From contig JBMOMC010000011.1 of assembly GCA_049325335.1 (NCBI GenBank), forward strand, positions 1 through 36,849: a stretch of 36,849 nucleotides of DNA, given 5' to 3'. The notes beneath the pieces were generated by a model. It was not told where the DNA came from and made no database searches. It saw nothing but the letters and a program-made list of their open reading frames with translations. The translations under genes and the position numbers were made by a program. The stretch comes from Nitrospirota bacterium. Lineage in GTDB: Bacteria > Nitrospirota > Nitrospiria > 2-01-FULL-66-17. Below are positions 1-7,546 of the stretch, piece by piece; positions within the stretch are counted from its first letter, which is position 1; every line of letters begins with the position of its first letter.

Positions 1-2
1 CG

Positions 3-149
3 CGCACGGGCGAACGCCGGCGGCATCACTTGCATGAGACCGTACCGCCACGAGCCATCCGCGACGTGAAGACCACGATGATCTACACCCATGTGCTGAA
101 CCGGGGCGGGCGCGGCGTGAAAAGCCCTGCGGACCGATTGCCCGAGTGA
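3..149 (+). pseudogene. intI: Integron integrase 3' end with in-frame internal deletion (5' part outside window)
   Basis: Frame 3 reads [48 protein letters not shown]. The IntI-specific RRHH insertion motif and the [16 protein letters not shown] terminus are present. The HxxRH and LLGH segments that normally lie between them are absent. Confidence 0.85.
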
Positions 150-299
150 TCGATGGCGGGGATGTTAGGAGGCGCAATACGCGTCCTAACACACCAAATC
201 TATTAGTTGATGTAACTTCAATAACATACTGTTATTTATGAATAGATATAGGTTCAGTGGGCTTAAAATGCGTTGCGGTTAGGAAGCGGTAGGCGCTTG

Positions 300-338
300 G
301 TTTGTCGAAATCATTAGGATGTCGAATTGTAGTTGGGC
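300..338 (+). other. Probable attI site (core GTTGGGC at 332-338)
   Basis: GTTRRRY core GTTGGGC is the exact complement of the R'' box GCCCAAC (2191-2197) that closes cassette 1. There is no attC-like palindrome upstream. The left boundary is approximate. Confidence 0.7.
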
Positions 339-402
339 TCCTGATCCCCAGCCAAAACAATTGAAACTAAGTACCAGCACCCAAAGAAATCCGGAGGATT
401 GA

Positions 403-2166
403 ATGTCCGCACAGCGTATGGAGGCTCCAATCACCATTAGGGAAGCAATTCTGGCAGTTCAGAAACGTGATTACCTCTTGCCCGCCATTCAGCGTGAGTT
501 CGTCTGGGATGCTGAGAAGACGGAATCGCTTTTTGACTCACTGATGCGTGGTTACCCGGTTGGGTCATTTCTTTTCTGGAAAGTTGCACCAGAGTCATCT
601 CAGCGCTACAAATTCTACGAGTTCATGCAGGATTTCCACGCGCTCAACAAGAAGCGCTTGGTTCCTTTTGAAATTGCCGAGACTAGGCAGCTTACGGTCG
701 TGCTCGACGGACAGCAACGTCTTACCTCTCTGGCAATTGGCCTGCTTGGGTATCGTGCTGATAGGGAAAAAGGTAAGTGGACAAATAACCCTGCCGCCTA
801 TCCGAAGCGCCGTTTGTACCTCAACTTGGCCCAGCCCTATAAGTCGGACGAAGAAATTGACCGAGAATATGATTTCCGATTTCTTACAGAAGAGGCAGCA
901 TCTGTAAGGGACGAACATCACCTTTGGTTGCTCGTACGGACAGTGATGGATTTCGTGGGCCCGCAGGGAGTAGATAATGGAAAACTAGTAAAGTATGTAG
1001 TAGCGGAGTCACTAAACGACTTTGGTGCTGGGGCGCTATCCCGCTTGTGTGACATAATTATCAAAGACCCCGTCATCCATTATTTTCAAGAAACTGAACA
1101 GAAACTCGACCGAGTCCTAAACATATTCGTTCGGCTGAACAGCGGTGGCATTCCACTCTCTTACTCGGATCTTCTTCTTTCCATCGCAACTGCCCAGTGG
1201 AAGAGCGATGCGCGTGAAGCTATTTACGGCCTGGTTGATGAACTCAACGAAAACGGGGACGGCTTTGAGTTCAATAAAGATTTTGTCCTGAAAAGCGCCT
1301 TGGTTCTGACCGACAGGCCTAACATAAAATTCAACGTCGAGAACTTCGACAGAGAGAACACCAAAGCTATCGAAGACAACTGGGATGAGTCTGTCCGCAA
1401 ACCGCTATTGCAAGCCACTGAACTTGTGGCCTCCTATGGCTACCACGGCAAGACATTAACCTCGTCAAATGTGCTGATCCCCATTGCCTACTATCTACGG
1501 CAGATTCGTTCTCCAAGCAATTTTGCGGTTCATAAGAACTATGCAGAGGACCGCAGGCTCATTCGCAAGTGGTTAGTAGTTAGTCTACTTAAATCGGTCT
1601 TTAGCTCAAAGACGGATACGTTGCTGGGCGCCATTAGGACAACGCTACAGAATAAGAATGTACAAGGGTTTCCTTTCGGTGCTCTGGACAAGACCCTCGC
1701 GAGCCACGGGGTCCCCCTCAGGTTCTCAGATGAAGAATTGAACACCTTGCTTGACGTGGAGTACGGAACGCGAAATGCTTTTTCGGTGCTAGCGGCTGTT
1801 TATCCAGCGCTCAATACCCAGTTTAAGTTCCATCTCGATCATATTTACCCTAAAAGCGGGTTCGACCGTCGAAAACTTAAGAAGACTGCTTTCTCTGACG
1901 ATGACATAGAATTTTATATGTCAAGCTTCAATCAGATACCCAATCTCCAGATGCTTGAAGGAGTAGCCAACCAGTCAAAGCTTGACACCCCCTTTGAGGA
2001 TTGGATTAAGCCTCTACAAGCAGATGCAGTGAGTTGGACTAATTATCGTAGTCAACACACGATTCCCGCATTAACCAGTTATGGACTGAAAAACTTTAAA
2101 GAATTTCACTCAACGCGAAGAAAACTGCTGTTTGAAAAATTAAAAAATGAGCTACCTGCGACCTAA
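403..2166 (+). CDS. DUF262 + DUF1524-like (GmrSD-family) nuclease, integron cassette 1
   Basis: Motifs LPAIQREFVW, LDGQQRLTS and FVRLNSGG (DUF262); C-terminal DHIYP...NLQML...N (HNH-like). RBS GGAGG. Clearly lower GC than the flanking host genes. Confidence 0.85.
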   Translation: MSAQRMEAPITIREAILAVQKRDYLLPAIQREFVWDAEKTESLFDSLMRGYPVGSFLFWKVAPESSQRYKFYEFMQDFHALNKKRLVPFEIAETRQLTVVLDGQQRLTSLAIGLLGYRADREKGKWTNNPAAYPKRRLYLNLAQPYKSDEEIDREYDFRFLTEEAASVRDEHHLWLLVRTVMDFVGPQGVDNGKLVKYVVAESLNDFGAGALSRLCDIIIKDPVIHYFQETEQKLDRVLNIFVRLNSGGIPLSYSDLLLSIATAQWKSDAREAIYGLVDELNENGDGFEFNKDFVLKSALVLTDRPNIKFNVENFDRENTKAIEDNWDESVRKPLLQATELVASYGYHGKTLTSSNVLIPIAYYLRQIRSPSNFAVHKNYAEDRRLIRKWLVVSLLKSVFSSKTDTLLGAIRTTLQNKNVQGFPFGALDKTLASHGVPLRFSDEELNTLLDVEYGTRNAFSVLAAVYPALNTQFKFHLDHIYPKSGFDRRKLKKTAFSDDDIEFYMSSFNQIPNLQMLEGVANQSKLDTPFEDWIKPLQADAVSWTNYRSQHTIPALTSYGLKNFKEFHSTRRKLLFEKLKNELPAT

Positions 2167-2190
2167 ACGAATAGCAACTTTCTGGAAGGC

Positions 2191-2257
2191 GCCCAACAAC
2201 CGCTTCCAGCCGACGTCGGCGCTAACGCGCCGCCTCGGCTGAAGCGGAGCGTTAGAT
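2191..2257 (+). other. attC site 1
   Basis: R'' GCCCAAC, L'' CTTCCAGC with one extra base relative to L' GCTGAAG, central imperfect palindrome, R' GTTAGAT. Confidence 0.92.
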
Positions 2258-2272
2258 GCCCAAGGCTGTTTC

Positions 2273-2830
2273 GTGATCTGCGAAATACGAAAAGCAACCC
2301 TTCAAGACCGAGAGACTCTGGAATCGCTGATCGCTCGTTCAGCCCGACAGCTTGGAGCACATGATTACACGGAGGAACAAATCGAGGGCGCACTACGCGG
2401 AGCGTTTGGCGTCGATACACAACTAATCCAAGACGGAACCTATTTTGTAGTTGAGTCGGAAGGCCAAATTATCGGCTGTGGCGGCTGGAGTCGCCGACGC
2501 ACGCTTTTCGGCGGCGACAGCCACACCGAGCGTAGCGTTGCCGAGCTTGATCCTCGTGTTGAGCCCGGAAAAATACGAGCCTTCTTCGTGGCCCCTGAGT
2601 ATGCGCGCAAGGGAATCGGTACTCTCATTCTTAAGCACTGCGAAGATAATGCTCGGTCTTTTGGTTTTCTGCGCTTGGAGCTTATGGCTACTCTGCCCGG
2701 TGTGAGACTCTATGCCAAACATGGTTACGTGGCGGGCTCTCCCATACAGCACGAGTTGGCGCCGGAATTGAATATCGAATTTGTGCCAATGAGTAAAACG
2801 CTTAATGGGAGCAGTGAACAGGGCATCTAA
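2273..2830 (+). CDS. GNAT family N-acetyltransferase, integron cassette 2
   Basis: IRKAT N-terminus, acetyl-CoA motif FFVAPEYARKGIG, LYAKHGY. The stop codon lies inside the attC R'' box. Confidence 0.9.
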   Translation: MICEIRKATLQDRETLESLIARSARQLGAHDYTEEQIEGALRGAFGVDTQLIQDGTYFVVESEGQIIGCGGWSRRRTLFGGDSHTERSVAELDPRVEPGKIRAFFVAPEYARKGIGTLILKHCEDNARSFGFLRLELMATLPGVRLYAKHGYVAGSPIQHELAPELNIEFVPMSKTLNGSSEQGI

Positions 2831-2899
2831 CATCCGCTTCGAGAGCGACCGAGGAAAGCGCTGCGCGCTTTCCTCGGCGCCTCAAGCGCGCCGTTAGGC
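2825..2899 (+). other. attC site 2
   Basis: R'' ATCTAAC (complement of upstream GTTAGAT), L'' CTTCGAG vs L' CTCAAG, long stem CCGAGGAAAGCGC/GCGCTTTCCTCGG, R' GTTAGGC. Confidence 0.92.
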
Positions 2900-2947
2900 C
2901 TCATAACAAGTCGTTCACGAAAGGAGAAACACCATGTGGCAGGCTGA
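2894..2947 (+). pseudogene. 5' stub of a third cassette (RBS AAGGAG, ATG 2934, MWQA) truncated by the inverted repeat
   Basis: Follows the attC2 crossover point. Strong RBS and ATG, then the 23-bp repeat introduces a stop. No matching GCCTAAC attC was seen in 2900-4760. Confidence 0.65.
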
Positions 2948-3017
2948 GGGGTCAAATCTTTAATCTTTAGGTCCTGTCCACCTGATTCCCCGCCGCGCGC
3001 TCGGTTCATCGTGGATC

Positions 3018-3047
3018 TTTACCCCTCATCCCTGACCGTGCTATAAG
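3018..3047 (+). promoter_or_regulatory. Putative sigma70 promoter for a leaderless transposase transcript
   Basis: TTTACC-N18-TATAAG with extended -10 TG; ATG 6 nt downstream; no RBS. Confidence 0.5.
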
Positions 3048-3053
3048 CGCCGC

Positions 3054-4031
3054 ATGGCACGGCCGCTGCGCATCGACTATCCGGGCGCGATCTACCACAT
3101 CACCTGCCGTGGCAACGAACGGCGCGACATCGTCTCGGATGACGCGGATCGGGTGGCCTTTCAGAAACGCCTAGCCCGCTGCGTGGAGACTTATCAACTC
3201 CGGTTGCACGGCGACGTACTCATGGACAATCACTTTCACCTGTTGGTGGAAAGTCCGCTGGGAAACATCTCGCCGGCCATGCGCCAGTTCAACGTCGCCT
3301 ATACCGGCTATTACAACCGCCGCCACCTGCGCAGCGGGCATTTGTACCCAGGGCGCTTCAAAGCGATCGTGGTCGAAGCCGATGCGTATCTCCTGGAACT
3401 GTCCCGTTATATCCATTTAAACCCGATCCGCGTGGGGCGCGTTCGAACCATGACGGCCGAAGCGCAGTTGCGTCGCCTTCGGCGGTACGGATGAAGCAGT
3501 TTGCGCGGGTACCTCAAGGCCCGAGACCGCGAGGCGTGGATCACCTATGATCGCGTGCTCGCGTATATGAATGGCGATACATCGAGCGGACGAGCAACGT
3601 ACGCGCGGTTTGTGGAGGGAGGCGTGAGTCAAAGCGTCGCCACGCCCTGGGACAAGGTGGTCGGCGGCGTGCTGCTGGGCGGCGAGCCGTTCGTGGCCTC
3701 CATGCAACGGCGCTTTCGGATGATCAGGGATCGCGAGCGCCCGTCGGTTCGCGCGGTTGCCCAGGTCGTACTCCCTGGGGTGATCAGCAGGCGGATTGAG
3801 GCCCTGTTGCGCGGTGAGGGGCTCCGGGACACCACGCTTGGCCGCGGGTTGCTGACCGAGTGTTTGTACCGCTACGGTCAAATGACGCAGTCGGACATTG
3901 GAACGCACGTTGGGGGAGTGGGGTACAGTCGCGTCAGTCAGTTGCGGCGGGCCTTCCGTGAGGCGGTAGAAGCTGACCGACACGTTCACGACCTCTTCCT
4001 GCGGGCGCAGCGATTGATCGCTAAAGATTAA
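3054..4031 (+). pseudogene. REP-associated tyrosine transposase (IS200/IS605 superfamily, Y1) with C-terminal HTH, split by an in-frame TGA at 3492-3494
   Basis: MARPLR..PGAIYHITCRGN, HUH motif NHFHLL, YIHLNP. The ORFs 3054-3494 and 3501-4031 share a frame, and the junction reads YG*SS where the family has YxWSS. C-terminal TQSDIG..VGGVGYSRVSQ HTH. Confidence 0.88.
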
Positions 4032-4141
4032 AGATTTGACCCCGTCGCGTCTTGCTCTTTTAATGAGTTTGTTCCGCGAAATGTGATTCAAAAATAGACT
4101 GTCCCGTTTACGTTCCGCGTCTTGAGACCAGGAGGTGATCC

Positions 4142-4510
4142 ATGAAGGTGACTGAGATCGCGTTTGCCGGTTATCCCGTGACCAACCTGAAGCGCGCGCG
4201 GAAATTTTATGAGGGCGTGCTGGGCCTGACGGTCAGCAAGGTCTTCGGGGATGAAAACGTGGCGTGGGTGGAATACGACATTGGAACCGGCACGCTTGCC
4301 ATCGGCAACATGGCGCCTGAGTGGAAACCGTCGCCGAACGGCGGGTCGGTTGGGCTTGAAGTGGATGACTTCGACGGCGCGGTCAAGCGGCTCAAGCAGC
4401 AGGGGGTCACGTTCGCCGTCGAACCCATGGAATCACCCGTGTGTCACATGGCCGTGGTCTCCGACCCCGACGGGAACTCGGTGACCATCCACAGGCGAAA
4501 GGCTGGGTAA
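4142..4510 (+). CDS. VOC/glyoxalase family protein
   Basis: ARKFYEGVLGL, LEVDD, DPDGN motifs; RBS AGGAGG. Confidence 0.9.
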   Translation: MKVTEIAFAGYPVTNLKRARKFYEGVLGLTVSKVFGDENVAWVEYDIGTGTLAIGNMAPEWKPSPNGGSVGLEVDDFDGAVKRLKQQGVTFAVEPMESPVCHMAVVSDPDGNSVTIHRRKAG

Positions 4511-4528
4511 GGATCTCTCCGGCACGAG

Positions 4529-4636
4529 ATGGCCACAGACGATAAACGTTGCGCTCGGTGCGGAAAATCGGTGACCGTCAACGCCAGGGACTACAAGCTC
4601 TTTGAGGGTCGGAGGGGGAACATTTTTAATCTTTAG
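4529..4636 (+). pseudogene. Short CxxC ORF, probably a truncated gene
   Basis: MATDDKRCARCGKSVTVNARDYKLFEG then runs into the degenerate repeat copy, which supplies the stop. Confidence 0.4.
4614..4636 (+). repeat. Degenerate third copy of the 23-bp repeat
   Basis: GGGGGAACATTTTTAATCTTTAG matches 19/23 with the copy at 2948-2970. Confidence 0.75.
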
Positions 4637-4740
4637 ACCACCCCCTGGACTGTGATAGTTGCCTCTTCTCAGAATAGCTTGCGCTCACGCTAAGAGGGCA
4701 AAGGTGAGGTGAACCCGTCGGGTCGGCCTGGGGTGAAGGG

Positions 4741-4767
4741 GTGGGGCGTATATCAATACGCCCCTAC
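4741..4767 (-). repeat. GTAG-type REP-like palindrome / possible terminator hairpin
   Basis: Minus strand GTAGGGGCGTATTGATATACGCCCCAC; 9-bp stem with 4-nt loop; overlaps the stop of the MutS-related gene. Confidence 0.6.
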
Positions 4768-6620
4768 GACGACGGATCGGGTTCCTTGGGCACTGGCAGG
4801 CCTTCGCGCGCCATGATCTTGAGCGCGTTGGTGGTGGGGCAGGGGCCGGGGCGCAGGTGATAGTCGAAGACCAGGCCGCGCTCGTCCACGGTTTCGCGGA
4901 AATGCTGGGTGGTGATGCGCGGATGTTCGTCCGCGAGTTTGACCAGTTCCAGATCGTGCGTGCTCACCAGGCCGATCGCGTTCGCGCCGCCCAGCGCGCG
5001 CACGTAGTGCCGGCTCCCGATCAGCCGTTCCCGGTTGTTGGTCCCGCGAAAGATCTCGTCGATTAAGAAAAAGACCGGCGGTCGGCTTCGATCTTCCGCG
5101 GCGTCGAGCAGGCGTTTGAGGCGCTTGACCTCGGCATAAAAGTACGAGATGCCCTCGTCCAGGGAATCGTCGATGCGGATGCAGCAATAGAGCCGCATCC
5201 AGGGCGAGGTCCAATGTTCCGCGCACACGGGCGCACCGGCTTGGGCGAGGCACAGGTTGATGCCCAGGGTGCGGAGGAACGTGCTTTTGCCGGACATGTT
5301 GGATCCGGTCACGATCGAGACCGCGCCGAGCCCCTTGAGCACAAACGTATTGGTCACTCGGGTGGTGGGCGGGAGCAAGGGGTGGCCGACCGACTGGGCA
5401 TCGAGCGCGACTTCGCCGGCCGGATCGCCGGGCAATCGAATCTCCGGGTACGCGAATTCTGGGTGCGTGTGCGCATAGTGCGCCAGCGCGGCCGCGGCCT
5501 CGATGCGGCCGAGGCGTTCGATCCACACCGGGAGGCGTGTGGCGATGTCCGCGTGCAACGCGCGATACCGCTCCGCGAAGAATAGGTCCCACGGCAGCGC
5601 GAGGTTCACCAGCAGGTGGACCAGAGGATTGCCGCGCAGATTCAACGCGGCCACGAGGCCCGCTAAGCGACGCGTGGTCACCGAGGGGCGTTCATCGCCT
5701 GACGTGAAGGACGTGAGCGCCTGTTGCAGCGCGGGACGTTCGCGGGACGAGCGGCGCTCCAGCACGGCGAACACGCGCGAGTAGGGCGCAAGGTCCGCCT
5801 CCATGTCCACGGCTTGCGAAAACGCCGCGGCGATGTGGGGCGTGGCCAGCCAGAAGATCGCGCCATAAGCGATCAACGAGAGCACCCAGTACCCCGGGGC
5901 CCCGCTCACGAACGTCGCGGTCAGCAGCGCGGCGGTCAACGCGGCGAGGACGGTTTCCACGGCCAAAAGGCCGCGAAGCCGCGGGGGCGTGCCCTTGCTG
6001 ATTGCCGCGATGACGCGTTCGCCGTCGAGCGTCCCGGACGCGGCGAGCGCGGCTTCCAGCGCGATCCGGTCGCGAAACAGCGACAAACGCTCCAGGTCGT
6101 TGATCAAGGCGCGCCGAGCCGCAAAGCCTTCAGGGGCCGGTTCCAGAATCCACCGGCGAAGTTCAGCCCGACCATTGGTGGACACCGTGGTATCCAGCCA
6201 ACGCAACAGCGAGTGCGCACCGGTGACGTCGAGATCAACCGCGTACGGATGGTGATCGGGCGTAGGATGATCCGCGGTTGGAATGGCCGACCAGTCGAGA
6301 CGAACCCGGGCCAGGTGGCTGCGTTTGAGCGCGATCCATACGTCGAGCCGACGGATGGCGGTCTTGAGCCGGCCGTGCCGATAGGCCACGGCGAAAAACG
6401 CGGCGCCGAAGATGGCGAGCGGAATCCAGCCGCCGCGCTTGGGGTCCGCGAACGCGGCCGCGGTCACTGCGCCGGTCCCGGCAAGAAAGATCGCGATTCG
6501 CCAACGCGTAAATCGGGCGCTCGCGGCCGCGGCTCGGCGCCGTAACGTCTCCAGTCGCGCGAGCGTTCGTTCAAAGGCCTGCGCAACGCGCAGGGGCCGT
6601 GGCTCGCCGCGGGTCGTCAT
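4764..6620 (-). CDS. MutS-related ATPase (domain V) with N-terminal transmembrane segments
   Basis: TGSNMSGKST, SYFYAEVKR, DEIFRGTN, STHD motifs. No mismatch-recognition domain; hydrophobic N-terminal helices. Confidence 0.88.
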   Translation of the reverse strand: MTTRGEPRPLRVAQAFERTLARLETLRRRAAAASARFTRWRIAIFLAGTGAVTAAAFADPKRGGWIPLAIFGAAFFAVAYRHGRLKTAIRRLDVWIALKRSHLARVRLDWSAIPTADHPTPDHHPYAVDLDVTGAHSLLRWLDTTVSTNGRAELRRWILEPAPEGFAARRALINDLERLSLFRDRIALEAALAASGTLDGERVIAAISKGTPPRLRGLLAVETVLAALTAALLTATFVSGAPGYWVLSLIAYGAIFWLATPHIAAAFSQAVDMEADLAPYSRVFAVLERRSSRERPALQQALTSFTSGDERPSVTTRRLAGLVAALNLRGNPLVHLLVNLALPWDLFFAERYRALHADIATRLPVWIERLGRIEAAAALAHYAHTHPEFAYPEIRLPGDPAGEVALDAQSVGHPLLPPTTRVTNTFVLKGLGAVSIVTGSNMSGKSTFLRTLGINLCLAQAGAPVCAEHWTSPWMRLYCCIRIDDSLDEGISYFYAEVKRLKRLLDAAEDRSRPPVFFLIDEIFRGTNNRERLIGSRHYVRALGGANAIGLVSTHDLELVKLADEHPRITTQHFRETVDERGLVFDYHLRPGPCPTTNALKIMAREGLPVPKEPDPSS

Positions 6621-7447
6621 CGCTGCGCGACCGAGGCGGTCAGGTACTCGGTGATGTTGGGCGAGGTGAGCGTCAATCCCAAACCGGTTTTGGCCTTGGT
6701 GTTGGTGATGCGGCGCTCGTGCGCTACGGTGGGCGCCGGGCCGCGGTCGAGAATCGGCAGGCCGTAGAGCGTGGACAGGAATCGGTAGAAGTCCACGCGA
6801 CGAATCAGGGAATCATCCACGAGGTTAAAGATATCAGCCATCAACTGACGGCGGATCGCCAGGTCGATGGCGTCGCACACGTCGTGTCGGTGAATGAAGT
6901 GCACGTACTGGGTCGTGAGCATCGTAGAGTTGATGCGGCCGTCGGCCAACCGCTCCCGGAACGCGTCGCGTCCCCCGCCGTACAGGCCCGCGCAACGCAG
7001 GATCACGTACGGCAGCCCGCTCTGGATCAGCGCGTGTTCGGTTTGCAACAGGATGTCTTGTCGTTCGGATTCCACCGGCGGTTGATAATTTTCGTCGATG
7101 GGCTCGTCGGCCGATTCCGGGTATACGCCGGTTGAACTGATCAGAATGATCGAGCGGGGAGTGATCCGGCGTTCGATCAGACGCCGCGTCAGGGTGGCCA
7201 TGTTGTCCACGTAGGTGGCTCGATACGCGGCCGCGTCGGACGCCGGAGCGGCCGGACAGAACACGAGGTGTTCGGCCCACGCCAGGTGTTCCGCGATCCG
7301 GTCGTCGTCGAGCGGCAGGAAGAACATCGGACACGGCGGCGCGGTGATCGGCGTGCGTTTGACGCCGCGAAACTCGTACCGATTCGCGTGACGCCGAACC
7401 AACGCGTCGCCGAGTGTGCCGAAGCCGAGAATCAGCACCCGAGTCAT
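6617..7447 (-). CDS. NAD-dependent epimerase/dehydratase (atypical SDR)
   Basis: LILGFGTLG, ISSTGVY, ILRCAGLYG, IHRHD; 4-nt overlap with the next gene. Confidence 0.88.
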   Translation of the reverse strand: MTRVLILGFGTLGDALVRRHANRYEFRGVKRTPITAPPCPMFFLPLDDDRIAEHLAWAEHLVFCPAAPASDAAAYRATYVDNMATLTRRLIERRITPRSIILISSTGVYPESADEPIDENYQPPVESERQDILLQTEHALIQSGLPYVILRCAGLYGGGRDAFRERLADGRINSTMLTTQYVHFIHRHDVCDAIDLAIRRQLMADIFNLVDDSLIRRVDFYRFLSTLYGLPILDRGPAPTVAHERRITNTKAKTGLGLTLTSPNITEYLTASVAQR

Positions 7448-7492
7448 AGGCTGGAGCCTACCATATCACGGCACGGCCTCAAAGCCGAGTGG

Positions 7493-7530
7493 CCGCCGTC
7501 CGTCCGGGATCGTTTCCGGACGAACGGCGG
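7493..7530 (-). terminator. GC-rich hairpin downstream of btuB
   Basis: CCGCCGTTCGTCCGG...CCGGACGGACGGCGG stem on the minus strand; no U-tail. Confidence 0.4.
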
Positions 7531-7546
7531 GCCTTCGCGTGGTGGA

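Larger units (their letters stand above)
2948..4043 (+). mobile_element. HUH/Y1 (RAYT-like) element bounded by perfect 23-bp inverted repeats
   Basis: GGGGTCAAATCTTTAATCTTTAG (2948-2970) and its exact reverse complement CTAAAGATTAAAGATTTGACCCC (4021-4043) enclose the transposase gene. No target-site duplication is visible. Confidence 0.85.

Noticed and set aside
1317..1323. GCCTAAC as an attC R'' box
   Set aside because: Inside the DUF262 CDS, with no L boxes or partner R'.
3492..3494. Selenocysteine or Trp recoding of the TGA
   Set aside because: The position is a conserved Trp rather than Cys, no SECIS was recognised, and TGA is a normal stop elsewhere in the window.
4511..4613. attC after the VOC gene
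   Set aside because: No RYYYAAC...GTTRRRY pair with L boxes was found.
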